Assembly: GCA_963708135.1 (NCBI GenBank)
Contig: OY970192.1
Coordinates: 4,832,001-4,896,000, forward strand
DNA from: an uncultured Gemmatimonadales bacterium
Lineage (GTDB): Bacteria; Gemmatimonadota; Gemmatimonadetes; Longimicrobiales; RSA9
Length of the DNA stretch: 64,000 nucleotides
Reading direction: 5' to 3'
Every line of letters starts with the position of its first letter. Positions within the stretch are counted from its first letter, which is position 1. The position numbers were made by a program, and so were the translations under genes. Below are positions 28,946 through 39,711 of this stretch, piece after piece. Below the pieces are notes generated by a model. The model searched no databases. It saw only the letters and a list, made by a program, of their open reading frames with translations, and was not told where the DNA came from.

Positions 28946-31630
28946 GTGACCCCTGGCGCGGACCGGCTATCGGCCGCCCTCGCCGACCGCTACCGCATCG
29001 AGCGCGAGCTCGGCGCGGGCGGCATGGCCACGGTCTACCTCGCCGAGGACCTGAGGCATCACCGCCAGGTGGCCATCAAGGTGCTCAAGCCCGAGCTCGC
29101 CGCCGTGCTCGGCGCCGATCGCTTCGTCCAGGAGATCACCACCACCGCCCAGCTGCAGCACCCGCACATCCTGCCGCTCTTCGACTCCGGCACTGCCGAC
29201 GGCTTCCTCTTCTACGTCATGCCCTACGTCGAGGGCGAGACGCTGCGGGACAAGCTGAACCGCGAGACGCAGCTCGGCGTGGACGAAGCCGTGCGGATCA
29301 CGACCGAGGTGGCCGACGCGCTGGACTACGCGCACCGGCACGGCGTGGTGCACCGCGACATCAAGCCGGAGAACATCCTGCTCCACGACGGCCGCCCGAT
29401 GGTGGCGGACTTCGGCATCGCGCTGGCGGTCAGTGCGGCGGCGGGCGGGCGCATGACGGAGACCGGGCTGAGCCTCGGCACGCCGCACTACATGAGTCCC
29501 GAGCAGGCGACGGCGGAGAAGGACCTCACCGGGCGCAGCGACGTCTACTCGCTGGCGAGCGTTCTCTACGAGATGCTGACCGGCGACCCGCCGCACGTCG
29601 GCTCCTCCGCGCAGCAGATCATCATGAAGATCGTGACGGAGGAGGCGGCGCCGGTCACGAAGCTGCGCCGCTCCGTGCCGCCGAACGTGGCGGCGGCGGT
29701 GGCCAAGGCGCTGGAGAAGCTGCCGGCCGACCGGTTCGAGAGCGCGAAGGCCTTCGCGGACGCCTTGAACGATCCTGGTTTCGCGACTCAGGCCACCGCC
29801 GCGCGATCGTTCGCCGCCGTGCCCGCCGGCCGACCGCTCGTCGTGCTCGCCGTGGCCGCCACCGCCGTGGTCGTGGCGCTGGCGGCCGGATGGATGATCG
29901 GCGGGCGCGGTGGCGATCCCGGCAGCGTCGCCCCCTCGGACGTCGTGCACGCCACCCTGGGGCTGGGGGACAGCGTCACCGTCCCCCAGATCCTGACGCT
30001 GCGGCTGGCGATCTCACGATCGGGACGGCGCCTCGCGTTCATCGGCCAGAAGGGCGGCGTCGTGCAGCTATGGGTCCGCGAGCTCGGCGAGGACGCGGCG
30101 CACCCGGTGGCGGGCACCGAGGGGGCCGGCGATCCCTTCTTCTCCCCGGACGGAGAATCGATCGGGTTCTTCACGGGCAGTGGAGCGCGCGCGCAGCTCC
30201 GCGTGGTGCGCTTCAGTGGCGGTGCGGTTCGCACGGTCGTCCAGGATTCGCTCCAGGACTACGGCGGCGGTTCGTGGGGGGACGACGGTCGGATCTACTT
30301 CGTATACGGCGACGGCCTCGCCTCCGTGGGCGCGACGGGGGGGCCTGTGACGAGCATCGCGCGGCCGGACTCGGGATCGGGCGCCTTCCAGTACGGCTTT
30401 CCGGAGGTGCTCCCGGGAAGCCAGAAGGTTCTGATCATGGTCTACCGGGGATCGCTCGGCGCGTCACGGATCGGCGTGGTCGATGTGGCGACGAGGGGCG
30501 TCACCGAGCTCACTCCCGGTACCGTCGCGCGCTACGTGGCGCCGGGATATCTGGCGATCGGGCTGCCCGACGGCCGCATCCTCGCCGCGCGCTTCGACGC
30601 CGCGGCGGCCCGTCTCACGAGCCCCCCGATCCCCGTTCTGCAGGGCGTTCAGACCGATAACACGAACGGCTCGGTGCAGTTCTCGGTGTCGTCAACCGGT
30701 ATCCTGGTCTACGAGCGCCAGTCCGGCGGCATCGGCGGACCCGTCTGGGTGGATCGGGCCGGCGCAATCACGCCGGTGGACACGAACCTGACCGGCGCGT
30801 ACCAGGATCCGGCGCTGTCCCCGGACGGCAGCCAGTTCGTCGTGGTCCGGCAGGAGGCCGGGGCGACGCAGCTGTGGGTGAAGCAGCTCCCGACGGGCGC
30901 CTTCACCCGACTCACCTCGGATCCGGAAAGCGCGGATCGCCCGGAATGGTCGCCGGACGGGCGACGAGTGGCATACCTCGCCACGGTGAACGGGGTGCGC
31001 AGAGCCTTCATCCGACGGGCCGACGGAAGCGGCGACGAGCGTCCTGTCATGCCGAATCTGCCCGAGCTGGACGAAGTCGCGCTAGACCCCCGCGGGCGCT
31101 TTCTGCTCTTCCGTACCTTCGGTGCCGGAATCGACAGCCGCCATCTACTCGTCGCGGAGGCCGGCAGGGACACGGTACCGCGGGTGCTCCTCCCCTCGCG
31201 CCTCGATCACTACGCGATGAGACTCTCACCCGACGGACGCTGGCTCGCGTACGTCTCGGAGGAATCCGGGGTCGCCGAGGTTTATGTCCGCCCCTTCCCC
31301 AACGTCGATTCGGCGCGGATCGCGATATCGGTGGGAGGCGGCGTCGAGCCGCTCTGGGGCCGCGACGGCACCGAGCTCTTCTTCCGCGGCCGGCGCGGCG
31401 AGATGTTCGCGACGCCCGTGACCCTCGGCGCGCGCTTCACGCAGGGGACGCCGACCCTGTTGTTCAGGCTCCCCGGCCTCGTGCAGGATCCCTACCATCG
31501 CGCCTACGACGTGAGCCCGGATGGCACGCGGTTCCTGATGGTTACGAGCGCCGGCGACGACGCGTCCGACCTGAACGTGATCGTCAACTGGCGCGTCGAG
31601 GTCGAGCGGGCGATGGAGAACGGGAAGTGA
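28946..31630 (+). CDS. Ser/Thr kinase K4: kinase-TM-TolB-like propeller
   Basis: GTG start chosen by alignment with paralogues; full kinase motifs; PD40 blades. Confidence 0.95.
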   Translation: MTPGADRLSAALADRYRIERELGAGGMATVYLAEDLRHHRQVAIKVLKPELAAVLGADRFVQEITTTAQLQHPHILPLFDSGTADGFLFYVMPYVEGETLRDKLNRETQLGVDEAVRITTEVADALDYAHRHGVVHRDIKPENILLHDGRPMVADFGIALAVSAAAGGRMTETGLSLGTPHYMSPEQATAEKDLTGRSDVYSLASVLYEMLTGDPPHVGSSAQQIIMKIVTEEAAPVTKLRRSVPPNVAAAVAKALEKLPADRFESAKAFADALNDPGFATQATAARSFAAVPAGRPLVVLAVAATAVVVALAAGWMIGGRGGDPGSVAPSDVVHATLGLGDSVTVPQILTLRLAISRSGRRLAFIGQKGGVVQLWVRELGEDAAHPVAGTEGAGDPFFSPDGESIGFFTGSGARAQLRVVRFSGGAVRTVVQDSLQDYGGGSWGDDGRIYFVYGDGLASVGATGGPVTSIARPDSGSGAFQYGFPEVLPGSQKVLIMVYRGSLGASRIGVVDVATRGVTELTPGTVARYVAPGYLAIGLPDGRILAARFDAAAARLTSPPIPVLQGVQTDNTNGSVQFSVSSTGILVYERQSGGIGGPVWVDRAGAITPVDTNLTGAYQDPALSPDGSQFVVVRQEAGATQLWVKQLPTGAFTRLTSDPESADRPEWSPDGRRVAYLATVNGVRRAFIRRADGSGDERPVMPNLPELDEVALDPRGRFLLFRTFGAGIDSRHLLVAEAGRDTVPRVLLPSRLDHYAMRLSPDGRWLAYVSEESGVAEVYVRPFPNVDSARIAISVGGGVEPLWGRDGTELFFRGRRGEMFATPVTLGARFTQGTPTLLFRLPGLVQDPYHRAYDVSPDGTRFLMVTSAGDDASDLNVIVNWRVEVERAMENGK

Positions 31631-34293
31631 CGGGAGCTCCCCACCGTCTCGCCGCGGCCCTCGCCGACCGTTACCGCATCGAGCGCGAGCTCGGCGCGGG
31701 CGGCATGGCGACGGTCTACCTGGCCGGGGACCTGCGCCACCACCGCGAGGTGGCCATCAAGGTGTTGAAGCCTGAGCTGGCCGCCGTACTGGGTGCCGAC
31801 CGCTTCGTCCAGGAGATCACCACCACCGCGCAGCTCCAGCACCCCCACATCCTCCCCCTCTTCGACTCCGGCACCGCCGACGGCTTCCTCTTCTACGTGA
31901 TGCCATACGTGGAAGGGGAGACACTGCGGGACAGGCTGAACCGGGAGACGCAACTCGGCGTCGAGGAGGCGGTGCGCATCACGCGGGAGGTGGCCGACGC
32001 GCTGGACTACGCGCACCGCCACGGCGTGGTCCACCGGGACATCAAGCCCGAGAACATCCTGCTGCACGACGGCCGGCCGATGGTGGCGGACTTCGGCATC
32101 GCGCTGGCGGTCTCGGCGGCGGCCGGCGGCCGCATGACCGAGACCGGGCTGAGCCTCGGCACGCCGCACTACATGAGCCCGGAGCAGGCGACGGCGGAGA
32201 AGGACCTCACCGGGCGAAGCGACGTCTACTCGCTCGCCAGTGTGCTGTACGAGATGCTGACGGGCGATCCGCCGCACACGGGCAGCTCGGCGCAGCAGAT
32301 CATCATGAAGATCGTGACGGAGGAGGCAGCGCCGGTCACGAAGCTGCGCAGGTCGGTGCCGCCGAACGTTGCCGCGGCGGTGGCGAAGGCGCTGGAGAAG
32401 CTGCCGGCGGACCGCTTCGAGAGCGCGAAGGCGTTCGCGGACGCGCTGGCGGACCCCCACTTCTCCACCGGGGCGGCGACGGGCTCGCACGCGGCCGGTG
32501 GCGTTACCGTCCGGGGATTGGCACGTCACCCCCTCGTGCTCGGACTCGCGGCGGCGCTGGTCGCTACGGCCGGGATCGCGGTGTGGCAGTGGCGGGCCGC
32601 GCACCGTGACGCCCCACGTCCCGTTGTGCGGGTTCAGATCGGGTTGCCTTCGACGATGCTCGTCACCAATGGGGGCCTCGGCACGAACGCAGCCGCCTCC
32701 CCGGACGGAAGCGCCGCCGTCTACGCGCTTCCCGATTCGACAGGCACATCGCGGCTGTACCTTCGACCGCTCCGTCAGGGCGAGTCCCAGGTGATCACCG
32801 GCACGGCCGGGGCCCAGCAGCCCTGCTTTTCGCCCGATGGCCGGTGGATCGCATACACCGTCGGTGCCACGGTCTGGAAGGTTCAGGCTTCGGGGGGCAC
32901 GCCGGTGCGGATCGGCGATGCCGGGGCCGGTTCGATCGGAATCTCGTGGAGCCCTTCCGGTGTGATCATCGTAGCTGCCGCGTCAGGCCTCCTTGCGTTT
33001 CCGGAGAATGGCGGCGCGCCGCGGCTGCTTGCCAGAGGGGACTCCACCGCGGGTGAAACCTACAGGCAGCCGCTCGCGCTGCCGGACGGCAGGACGGCTC
33101 TCTTCACGATTGTCCCCGCAGAGGGTCTGGCCGAGACCCGCCTGGCCGAGGTGACGTTGGAGACAGGGTCGGTCCGGCGGCTCGACATGAGGCTTCTGGA
33201 CGTGCTCGGGTATCGTGATGGAAACCTCGTCTACGTCCTGCCCTCCGGTGCCCTGATGGGAGTCCCCTTCGATCTCGACGAGGGGAGGGCGACCGGCACG
33301 CCGGTGGCGCTCGGCCCTCCGGTCGCCACGTCCCTCGCCGGAGCCGCCCTGGCGGACCTGTCATCGGACGGGACGCTGGTGTACGTGCCGGCAAGCCGGA
33401 AAGGGGCGCTGGGGTGGGTCGGGCTGCAGGGCCAGTTCACGCCGGTTCTCTCCGACCCGGAAGCCTACGGCTATCCTCGTCTCTCTCCGGACGGGAAGCG
33501 CATCGCGGTGGCGGTGGGAACCGAAGCTCGCTCGGATGTCCTGGTCTACGACCTGGCGTCCGGCACCCCGACGCGGATCACCAACTCCGGCACACAGAAC
33601 GATCGACCGGAGTGGACCCCCGACGGACGTCGCGTGCTCTATCGGTCGGATCGCGGCGGCCCGACGGCGATCTGGTGGCAGCCCGTGGACCAGAGCGCGC
33701 CGGCGACGCCGTTGCAGGCGGCGGCATTGCACACGTTCTTCGAGGGGGTGATCACACCGGACGGCAAGACGCTCGTCTACCAGGTGGACGACGGGGGCGC
33801 GACCCAGGCCGACGTCATGTACCGGGCGCTCGAGGGCGACACGTCATCCCATCCCGTTGCGGCGACACGATTCGTGGAGGCGCAGGCGCGCGTTTCCCCC
33901 GACGGGCATTGGGTCGCCCTCGTGACCGACCAGTCCGGAGCGCAGCAGGTCGTGGTTCAACCCTTCCCCGACCCCGGCGGCCAGGTGCAGATCTCGGTCT
34001 CGGGCGGCACCGAGCCCGTGTGGTCTCGGGACGGGAAGCGCATCTTCTACCGCGACGGTCGCCACGTCGTTGCCGCGTCGGTGAGCACGGCCGGAGGATT
34101 CGCCGTGACGGGGCGCACGAATCTCTTTGCCGACACCTACGCCTTCGCCACCACCCCACACGCCAACTACGACGTGTCGCCCAATGGCACACGGCTGCTG
34201 ATGATCCGCAGCACCCAGATGCCGGAATACGACGTCGTCTACGGCTGGAGCAGCGAGCTGGCGGCCCGCATGCGCGGATCCGGCGCTCAATGA
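31627..34293 (+). CDS. Ser/Thr kinase K5: kinase-TM-TolB-like propeller
   Basis: GTGA overlap with K4; full motifs. Confidence 0.95.
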   Translation: MTGAPHRLAAALADRYRIERELGAGGMATVYLAGDLRHHREVAIKVLKPELAAVLGADRFVQEITTTAQLQHPHILPLFDSGTADGFLFYVMPYVEGETLRDRLNRETQLGVEEAVRITREVADALDYAHRHGVVHRDIKPENILLHDGRPMVADFGIALAVSAAAGGRMTETGLSLGTPHYMSPEQATAEKDLTGRSDVYSLASVLYEMLTGDPPHTGSSAQQIIMKIVTEEAAPVTKLRRSVPPNVAAAVAKALEKLPADRFESAKAFADALADPHFSTGAATGSHAAGGVTVRGLARHPLVLGLAAALVATAGIAVWQWRAAHRDAPRPVVRVQIGLPSTMLVTNGGLGTNAAASPDGSAAVYALPDSTGTSRLYLRPLRQGESQVITGTAGAQQPCFSPDGRWIAYTVGATVWKVQASGGTPVRIGDAGAGSIGISWSPSGVIIVAAASGLLAFPENGGAPRLLARGDSTAGETYRQPLALPDGRTALFTIVPAEGLAETRLAEVTLETGSVRRLDMRLLDVLGYRDGNLVYVLPSGALMGVPFDLDEGRATGTPVALGPPVATSLAGAALADLSSDGTLVYVPASRKGALGWVGLQGQFTPVLSDPEAYGYPRLSPDGKRIAVAVGTEARSDVLVYDLASGTPTRITNSGTQNDRPEWTPDGRRVLYRSDRGGPTAIWWQPVDQSAPATPLQAAALHTFFEGVITPDGKTLVYQVDDGGATQADVMYRALEGDTSSHPVAATRFVEAQARVSPDGHWVALVTDQSGAQQVVVQPFPDPGGQVQISVSGGTEPVWSRDGKRIFYRDGRHVVAASVSTAGGFAVTGRTNLFADTYAFATTPHANYDVSPNGTRLLMIRSTQMPEYDVVYGWSSELAARMRGSGAQ

Positions 34294-34357
34294 GAGGAGC
34301 CCCGATGGACCAGCTCGAGACCTGCGAGACTGCAGCGCGTCCCTGCCGAGAACCGTC

Positions 34358-37033
34358 ATGAGCGACGTCGCCCCGCGCCTGTCCGCCGCCCTGGCCGACC
34401 GCTACCGCATCGAGCACGAGCTCGGCGCAGGCGGCATGGCCACGGTCTACCTCGCTGAGGACCTGCGCCACCAGCGGCAGGTCGCCATCAAGGTCCTCAA
34501 GCCCGAGCTGGCCGCGGTGCTGGGCGCCGAGCGCTTCGTCCAGGAGATCACCACCACCGCCCAGCTCCAGCACCCGCACATCCTGCCGCTCTTCGATTCC
34601 GGTACCGCGGACGGCTTCCTCTTCTACGTCATGCCGTACATCGAGGGCGAGACGCTGCGGGACCGGCTGAACCGCGAGACGCAGCTCGGGGTGGGTGAAG
34701 CGGTACGGATCACGCGGGAGGTAGCCGACGCGCTGGACTACGCACACCGCCACGGCGTCATCCACCGCGACATCAAGCCGGAGAACATCCTGCTGCACGA
34801 CGGCCGGCCGATGGTGGCCGATTTCGGTATCGCGCTGGCCGTTTCAGCCGCGGCCGGTGGCCGCATGACGGAGACGGGGCTCAGCCTCGGCACGCCGCAC
34901 TACATGAGCCCGGAGCAGGCGACGGCGGAGAAGGACCTCACCGGGCGCAGCGACGTCTACTCGCTCGCCAGTGTGCTGTACGAGATGCTGACGGGCGATC
35001 CGCCGCACACGGGCAGCTCGGCGCAGCAGATCATCATGAAGATCGTGACGGAGGAGGCAGCGCCGGTCACGAAGCTGCGCAGGTCGGTGCCGCCGAACGT
35101 CGCCGCGGCGGTGGCAAAGGCGCTGGAGAAGCTGCCGGCCGACCGGTTCGAGAGCGCGAAGGCGTTCGCGGACGCGCTGGCGGACCCGTCGTTCACGACC
35201 GCATCCGCCGCCATTGCCGCTCCTGCCTCCCTCGGCCGATCACGGATGACGATCTACGTGCTCGGCGCAGTCTGCCTCGTGCTCGCCGCCGCAACTGCCT
35301 ACTTCGCGTTCCGCCCGCCGCCAACGCCGCCGGCGAGCCGCCAGCGTGTCATCCTTTGGGACCGGGCGCCGGGGAGCGTTCTCGATCCGGGCAACACGCG
35401 CCTCCAGGCGAGCCAGGCCGCCATCTCGCCCGACGGTTCCGAGATCGTGTACAGCGAACCGACCGACAGTGGGTTCGTCCTGATGCGCAAGGACGGCGAT
35501 GAGGCGCTCGCGACGCCCCTCGCCGGCACCACGGGTGGGGTCGCGCCATTCTTTTCACCCGACGGCCGGTGGATCGGGTACCGCAGCGTGGACGGCAAGC
35601 TCAAGAAGGTTCCCGTCGTCGGCGGAGGCTCGGTGACTCTCGTCGACAACGTCGGTCTGGTGGTCAGCGCCGCGGCCACGTGGCTGGATGACGGAACGAT
35701 CGTGTACGGGGCGGGCGATGGACTCAGGCGCGTGAGTGCGTCCGGTGACAGCACCTGGGTCGTGAGGAAGTATTCAGGGTCGCAGGCGGGCGCCCGACTG
35801 CTCACGCTCTGGCCGCTCCCCAAGAGCCGGGGTGTGCTCTACACATACTGCTCGGGTAACTGCGCCGTGCGGTCGTCGGTGCGCGCGCTCGACCTGCGCA
35901 CCGGACAGGATCGTCTGCTCGTCTCCAACGCGGTCGGCGCGTGGTACGTCCCCGGCGGCTACCTGGTCTTCACCGATCGCGCGGGCGGGCTCTACGGCGT
36001 GGAACTCGATGTCGATCGACTGACGGTCACGTCCGGACGCGTTCCCCTGATTCCTGGCGTCGAACCGGGGAACTTCACGCTGTCGGCAAAGGGATCGGTG
36101 CTCTACGCCAGCCCAGGCGCCGGCGGCGGTGAAGCGTCGGAGCTCATGTGGGTCGCGCGCGACGGAGCGGCGGTTCCTCTCGACACGATGTGGAAGGCAG
36201 ACTTCAATTACCCCGCGATCTCGCCCGACGGCAAGACGCTGGCAGTGAGCGTCAGTGGCGAAACCACACAGCTCTGGCTCCGGCACGCCGATGGGGCGCG
36301 GGAACCGCTCACCCAGCAGGCCGCGGTCAACTGGCGGCCCGCGTGGACCGCTGACGGGCGATCCGTCGTGTTCCCCTCGAACCGGGGCGGGGACGTGGAC
36401 TCGACGTACTACGACCTCTACCGCATGGCAGTGAATCACAGCTCCCCCGCCCAGCGGCTCGTCCACTTCACGTATCCCGTGTGGGAAGGGGAGATCTCCG
36501 CTGACGGACAGTGGGTTGTGTTCCGGTCGGACGAAGAGCAGACCGTATCGCTCATTCACGCTCGGCGCATTCCCGGGGACACCGCGACCCGCCAGCTGCT
36601 CGGTGGAGATGGAGTATCCACCTTCAACTTCACGCTCTCACCCGACGGACGCTGGATCGCCTACGAGCTGTCCAAGCCCGGTGCTGACGATCAGATCTAC
36701 GTCGCGTCATTTCCAAACGTCACCGCGCCGAGGCAGGTCTCCCAGAGCGACGGATCCGAGCCCCGGTGGGCGCGCGGCGGCCGGGAGCTGTTCTACAAGA
36801 GCGGTGGAGAGCTGATGGCCGTTGACATCGAGCCGGAACCGACGCTCACGATCGGTTCGCCGCACGCTCTGTTCTCAGTGCTCCCGTACCGCTCCGCCAA
36901 CAATCGCCAGCAGTACGATGTGGCCCCGGACGGTCGCCACTTCGTCATGATCCGCAACGTCACGGAAGGACCCGAAACGGTCGTCTACATCGAGCACTGG
37001 TTCTCGGAGCTTCGAGCGAAGATGCATCAATGA
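34358..37033 (+). CDS. Ser/Thr kinase K6: kinase-TM-TolB-like propeller
   Basis: Full motifs; PD40 blades. Confidence 0.95.
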   Translation: MSDVAPRLSAALADRYRIEHELGAGGMATVYLAEDLRHQRQVAIKVLKPELAAVLGAERFVQEITTTAQLQHPHILPLFDSGTADGFLFYVMPYIEGETLRDRLNRETQLGVGEAVRITREVADALDYAHRHGVIHRDIKPENILLHDGRPMVADFGIALAVSAAAGGRMTETGLSLGTPHYMSPEQATAEKDLTGRSDVYSLASVLYEMLTGDPPHTGSSAQQIIMKIVTEEAAPVTKLRRSVPPNVAAAVAKALEKLPADRFESAKAFADALADPSFTTASAAIAAPASLGRSRMTIYVLGAVCLVLAAATAYFAFRPPPTPPASRQRVILWDRAPGSVLDPGNTRLQASQAAISPDGSEIVYSEPTDSGFVLMRKDGDEALATPLAGTTGGVAPFFSPDGRWIGYRSVDGKLKKVPVVGGGSVTLVDNVGLVVSAAATWLDDGTIVYGAGDGLRRVSASGDSTWVVRKYSGSQAGARLLTLWPLPKSRGVLYTYCSGNCAVRSSVRALDLRTGQDRLLVSNAVGAWYVPGGYLVFTDRAGGLYGVELDVDRLTVTSGRVPLIPGVEPGNFTLSAKGSVLYASPGAGGGEASELMWVARDGAAVPLDTMWKADFNYPAISPDGKTLAVSVSGETTQLWLRHADGAREPLTQQAAVNWRPAWTADGRSVVFPSNRGGDVDSTYYDLYRMAVNHSSPAQRLVHFTYPVWEGEISADGQWVVFRSDEEQTVSLIHARRIPGDTATRQLLGGDGVSTFNFTLSPDGRWIAYELSKPGADDQIYVASFPNVTAPRQVSQSDGSEPRWARGGRELFYKSGGELMAVDIEPEPTLTIGSPHALFSVLPYRSANNRQQYDVAPDGRHFVMIRNVTEGPETVVYIEHWFSELRAKMHQ

Positions 37034-39711
37034 GCGACGTCCCCGAGGGTCTCGCAGCGGCCCTGGCGGACCGCTACCGCATGGAGCGGGAGCTCGGCGC
37101 GGGCGGCATGGCTACGGTCTACCTCGCCGAGGACCTGCGCCACCAGCGCCAGGTCGCCATCAAAGTGCTCAAGCCCGAGCTCGCCGCCGTGCTCGGCGCC
37201 GACCGCTTCGTCCAGGAGATCACGACCACCGCCCAGCTCCAGCACCCGCACATCCTGCCCCTCTTCGACTCGGGGACGGCCGACGGCTTCCTCTTCTACG
37301 TCATGCCCTACGTCGAGGGCGAGACGCTGCGGGACAAGCTGAACCGGGAGACGCAGCTCGGCGTCGACGAGGCGGTGCGCATCACGCGGGAGGTGGCCGA
37401 CGCCCTGGACTACGCCCACCGGCACGGCGTAATTCACCGCGACATCAAGCCCGAGAACATCCTGCTGCACGACGGCCGACCCATGGTGGCCGATTTCGGC
37501 ATCGCGCTGGCGGTTTCGGCCGCGGCGGGCGGGCGCATGACGGAGACCGGGCTCAGTCTCGGCACGCCGCACTACATGAGCCCGGAGCAGGCGACGGGGG
37601 AGCGCGACCTCACCGGTCGCAGCGACGTCTACTCGCTCGCGAGCGTGCTCTACGAGATGCTGACCGGCGACCCGCCGCACGTCGGCTCCTCGGCGCAGCA
37701 GATCATCATGAAGATCGTGACCGAGGAGGCCGCGCCGGTCACGAAGCTGCGCAAGAGCGTGCCGCCGAACGTGGCGGCGGCCGTCGCGAAGGCGCTGGAG
37801 AAGCTGCCGGCCGACCGGTTCGAGAGCGCGAAGGCGTTCGCCGAGGCGCTGGTGAATCCCGCGTACGGCATTGGACTGCAGGGTGCGGGCACGGCACCCG
37901 GCTCGTCGCGCCAGCGGCCTGCACGCTGGGCGATGGCCGCGGCGGCCGCGGTGGCGGTCCTGGCCGGAGCGGTGGGAGGCGTAATGCTCGGCAGGCGCGG
38001 GCTCGTCCGGCCCCTGGTGAGCCGCCAGCGGATCGAGCTGTGGCAGCAGCCGCCCGAGGCAGATGCGGTAGGCCGGGGCCTGGCCATCTCACCAGACGGC
38101 AACGTGATCGTGTTCAGGGATTCCGTGGGTGGCAGCTGGCAGCTCTGGTCCAAGGAGCGGGATCGACTCGAGGCGACCGTCCTGACCGGCACCACCGGTG
38201 CCCGGGCGCCGGTCTTCTCACCGGACGGGCAGTGGGTCGCGTTCGTCGCCGACGGCAAGCTCAAGAAGGTGCCGCGACTCGGCGGCTCCGCCGTGATCAT
38301 CGCGGACTCGGCCAACGAGGCACTTCCGGCCATTGCCTGGCTCGACAATGGAACGATCGCCTTCAACAACGCAGCGTATGGCCTGGTTCTCGTGGGGGAG
38401 GACGGCGGTGCCGTGCGTCGGCTCATTGGCACCGACAGCCTGAAGGGCGGTGTCGTAACGGCGACGCCATTCCCCGGGGGCACGGCCGTACTGCTGGGGC
38501 TTTGCGGGGCCGGTTGCTCCACCTCGCGTGTGGCGGCGCTCGACGTGCGCGGTGCCGCAGCGCCGAAGGAGCTTGCCGACGATGCCCTCAAGGCGTGGGC
38601 CGCTCCGGGTGGGGCGGTCGTGTTCATACGCCGCGATGGCGGCGTCTTCGTTGGAGCCTTCGACGGCGACCGGCTCGCGTTCACGGGAGCGCCGGTGCCG
38701 GTTCTGGACGGCGTGCAAGTCGACGCTCGTGGCGCCGACATGGCGCTGGGAAGGAACGGCACACTCATCTATGAGACCGGCGCTCCGCAGGGGGCCGTCC
38801 AGCCCGTCTGGGTCTCCCGCCAGGGCACCGTATCACCGGTGGATTCCGGATGGTCGTTCTCGCCGGGAGGCAGGGGCAGCTTCGCGCCCGGGCCCGCGCT
38901 CTCGCCGGACGGCCGGCGGGTGGCGGTCAGCGTGCAGTCCGGCAGCAGCGAGGACATCTGGATCAAGGAGCTGGGGGGCGGACGCCAGTTCACACGCCTC
39001 ACCTTCGGGGCGGGCCTCAAGTTCCGTCCGGCGTGGACGGCCGACGGCCGTAGCGTCGTCTATATCATCCGGCCTCCCGACGGCGAGACGAGCCTCATCG
39101 CGTCACGCCTTGCCGACGGCAGGGGCGGCGAGGTGACACTCTTCAAGACGCGTAACCTGAGCGAGGTCCAGCCGGCGCGCGACACGGCCCGACTCATCGT
39201 CCGCACCGGCTCCGTCCACCGGGCCATCCAGTTGTACACGCTTGGCGCCGACTCGCTGGTGCCGCTCCTGGCAGACCCCAACTACAATGATATGGGCCCG
39301 GCGCTTTCACCTGATGGACGATGGCTTGCGTACACCTCGGATGAAACGGGCCGGAGCGAGGTGTACGTCCGCCCCTTCCCGAAAGTGAGAGACGGGCGCT
39401 GGCCCGTATCGGCGAACGGGGGTTCGGAGCCCAAGTGGTCGCACTCCGGCCGCGAGCTGTTCTATCGCGCCGCGGACGGCGGATTCATCGCCACGGAGCT
39501 CAAGCCGGGTCCCACCTTCGCAAGCGCCACCCAGGAGCGGCTCTTCGACGCGAGCGAGTTCCAGTCCAGTAGCAAACACCACGCTTACGCCGTCGCACCT
39601 GGGGACGACCGGTTCCTCTTCTTCCGGCAGCAGAGTGGGTCGGCGTCACTGGTGATGGTGGAGCACTGGTTCGAGGAGCTGAAGGCGCGCGAGCAGGGGA
39701 AGAATCCGTAG
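37030..39711 (+). CDS. Ser/Thr kinase K7: kinase-TM-TolB-like propeller
   Basis: ATGA overlap with K6; full motifs. Confidence 0.95.
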   Translation: MSDVPEGLAAALADRYRMERELGAGGMATVYLAEDLRHQRQVAIKVLKPELAAVLGADRFVQEITTTAQLQHPHILPLFDSGTADGFLFYVMPYVEGETLRDKLNRETQLGVDEAVRITREVADALDYAHRHGVIHRDIKPENILLHDGRPMVADFGIALAVSAAAGGRMTETGLSLGTPHYMSPEQATGERDLTGRSDVYSLASVLYEMLTGDPPHVGSSAQQIIMKIVTEEAAPVTKLRKSVPPNVAAAVAKALEKLPADRFESAKAFAEALVNPAYGIGLQGAGTAPGSSRQRPARWAMAAAAAVAVLAGAVGGVMLGRRGLVRPLVSRQRIELWQQPPEADAVGRGLAISPDGNVIVFRDSVGGSWQLWSKERDRLEATVLTGTTGARAPVFSPDGQWVAFVADGKLKKVPRLGGSAVIIADSANEALPAIAWLDNGTIAFNNAAYGLVLVGEDGGAVRRLIGTDSLKGGVVTATPFPGGTAVLLGLCGAGCSTSRVAALDVRGAAAPKELADDALKAWAAPGGAVVFIRRDGGVFVGAFDGDRLAFTGAPVPVLDGVQVDARGADMALGRNGTLIYETGAPQGAVQPVWVSRQGTVSPVDSGWSFSPGGRGSFAPGPALSPDGRRVAVSVQSGSSEDIWIKELGGGRQFTRLTFGAGLKFRPAWTADGRSVVYIIRPPDGETSLIASRLADGRGGEVTLFKTRNLSEVQPARDTARLIVRTGSVHRAIQLYTLGADSLVPLLADPNYNDMGPALSPDGRWLAYTSDETGRSEVYVRPFPKVRDGRWPVSANGGSEPKWSHSGRELFYRAADGGFIATELKPGPTFASATQERLFDASEFQSSSKHHAYAVAPGDDRFLFFRQQSGSASLVMVEHWFEELKAREQGKNP

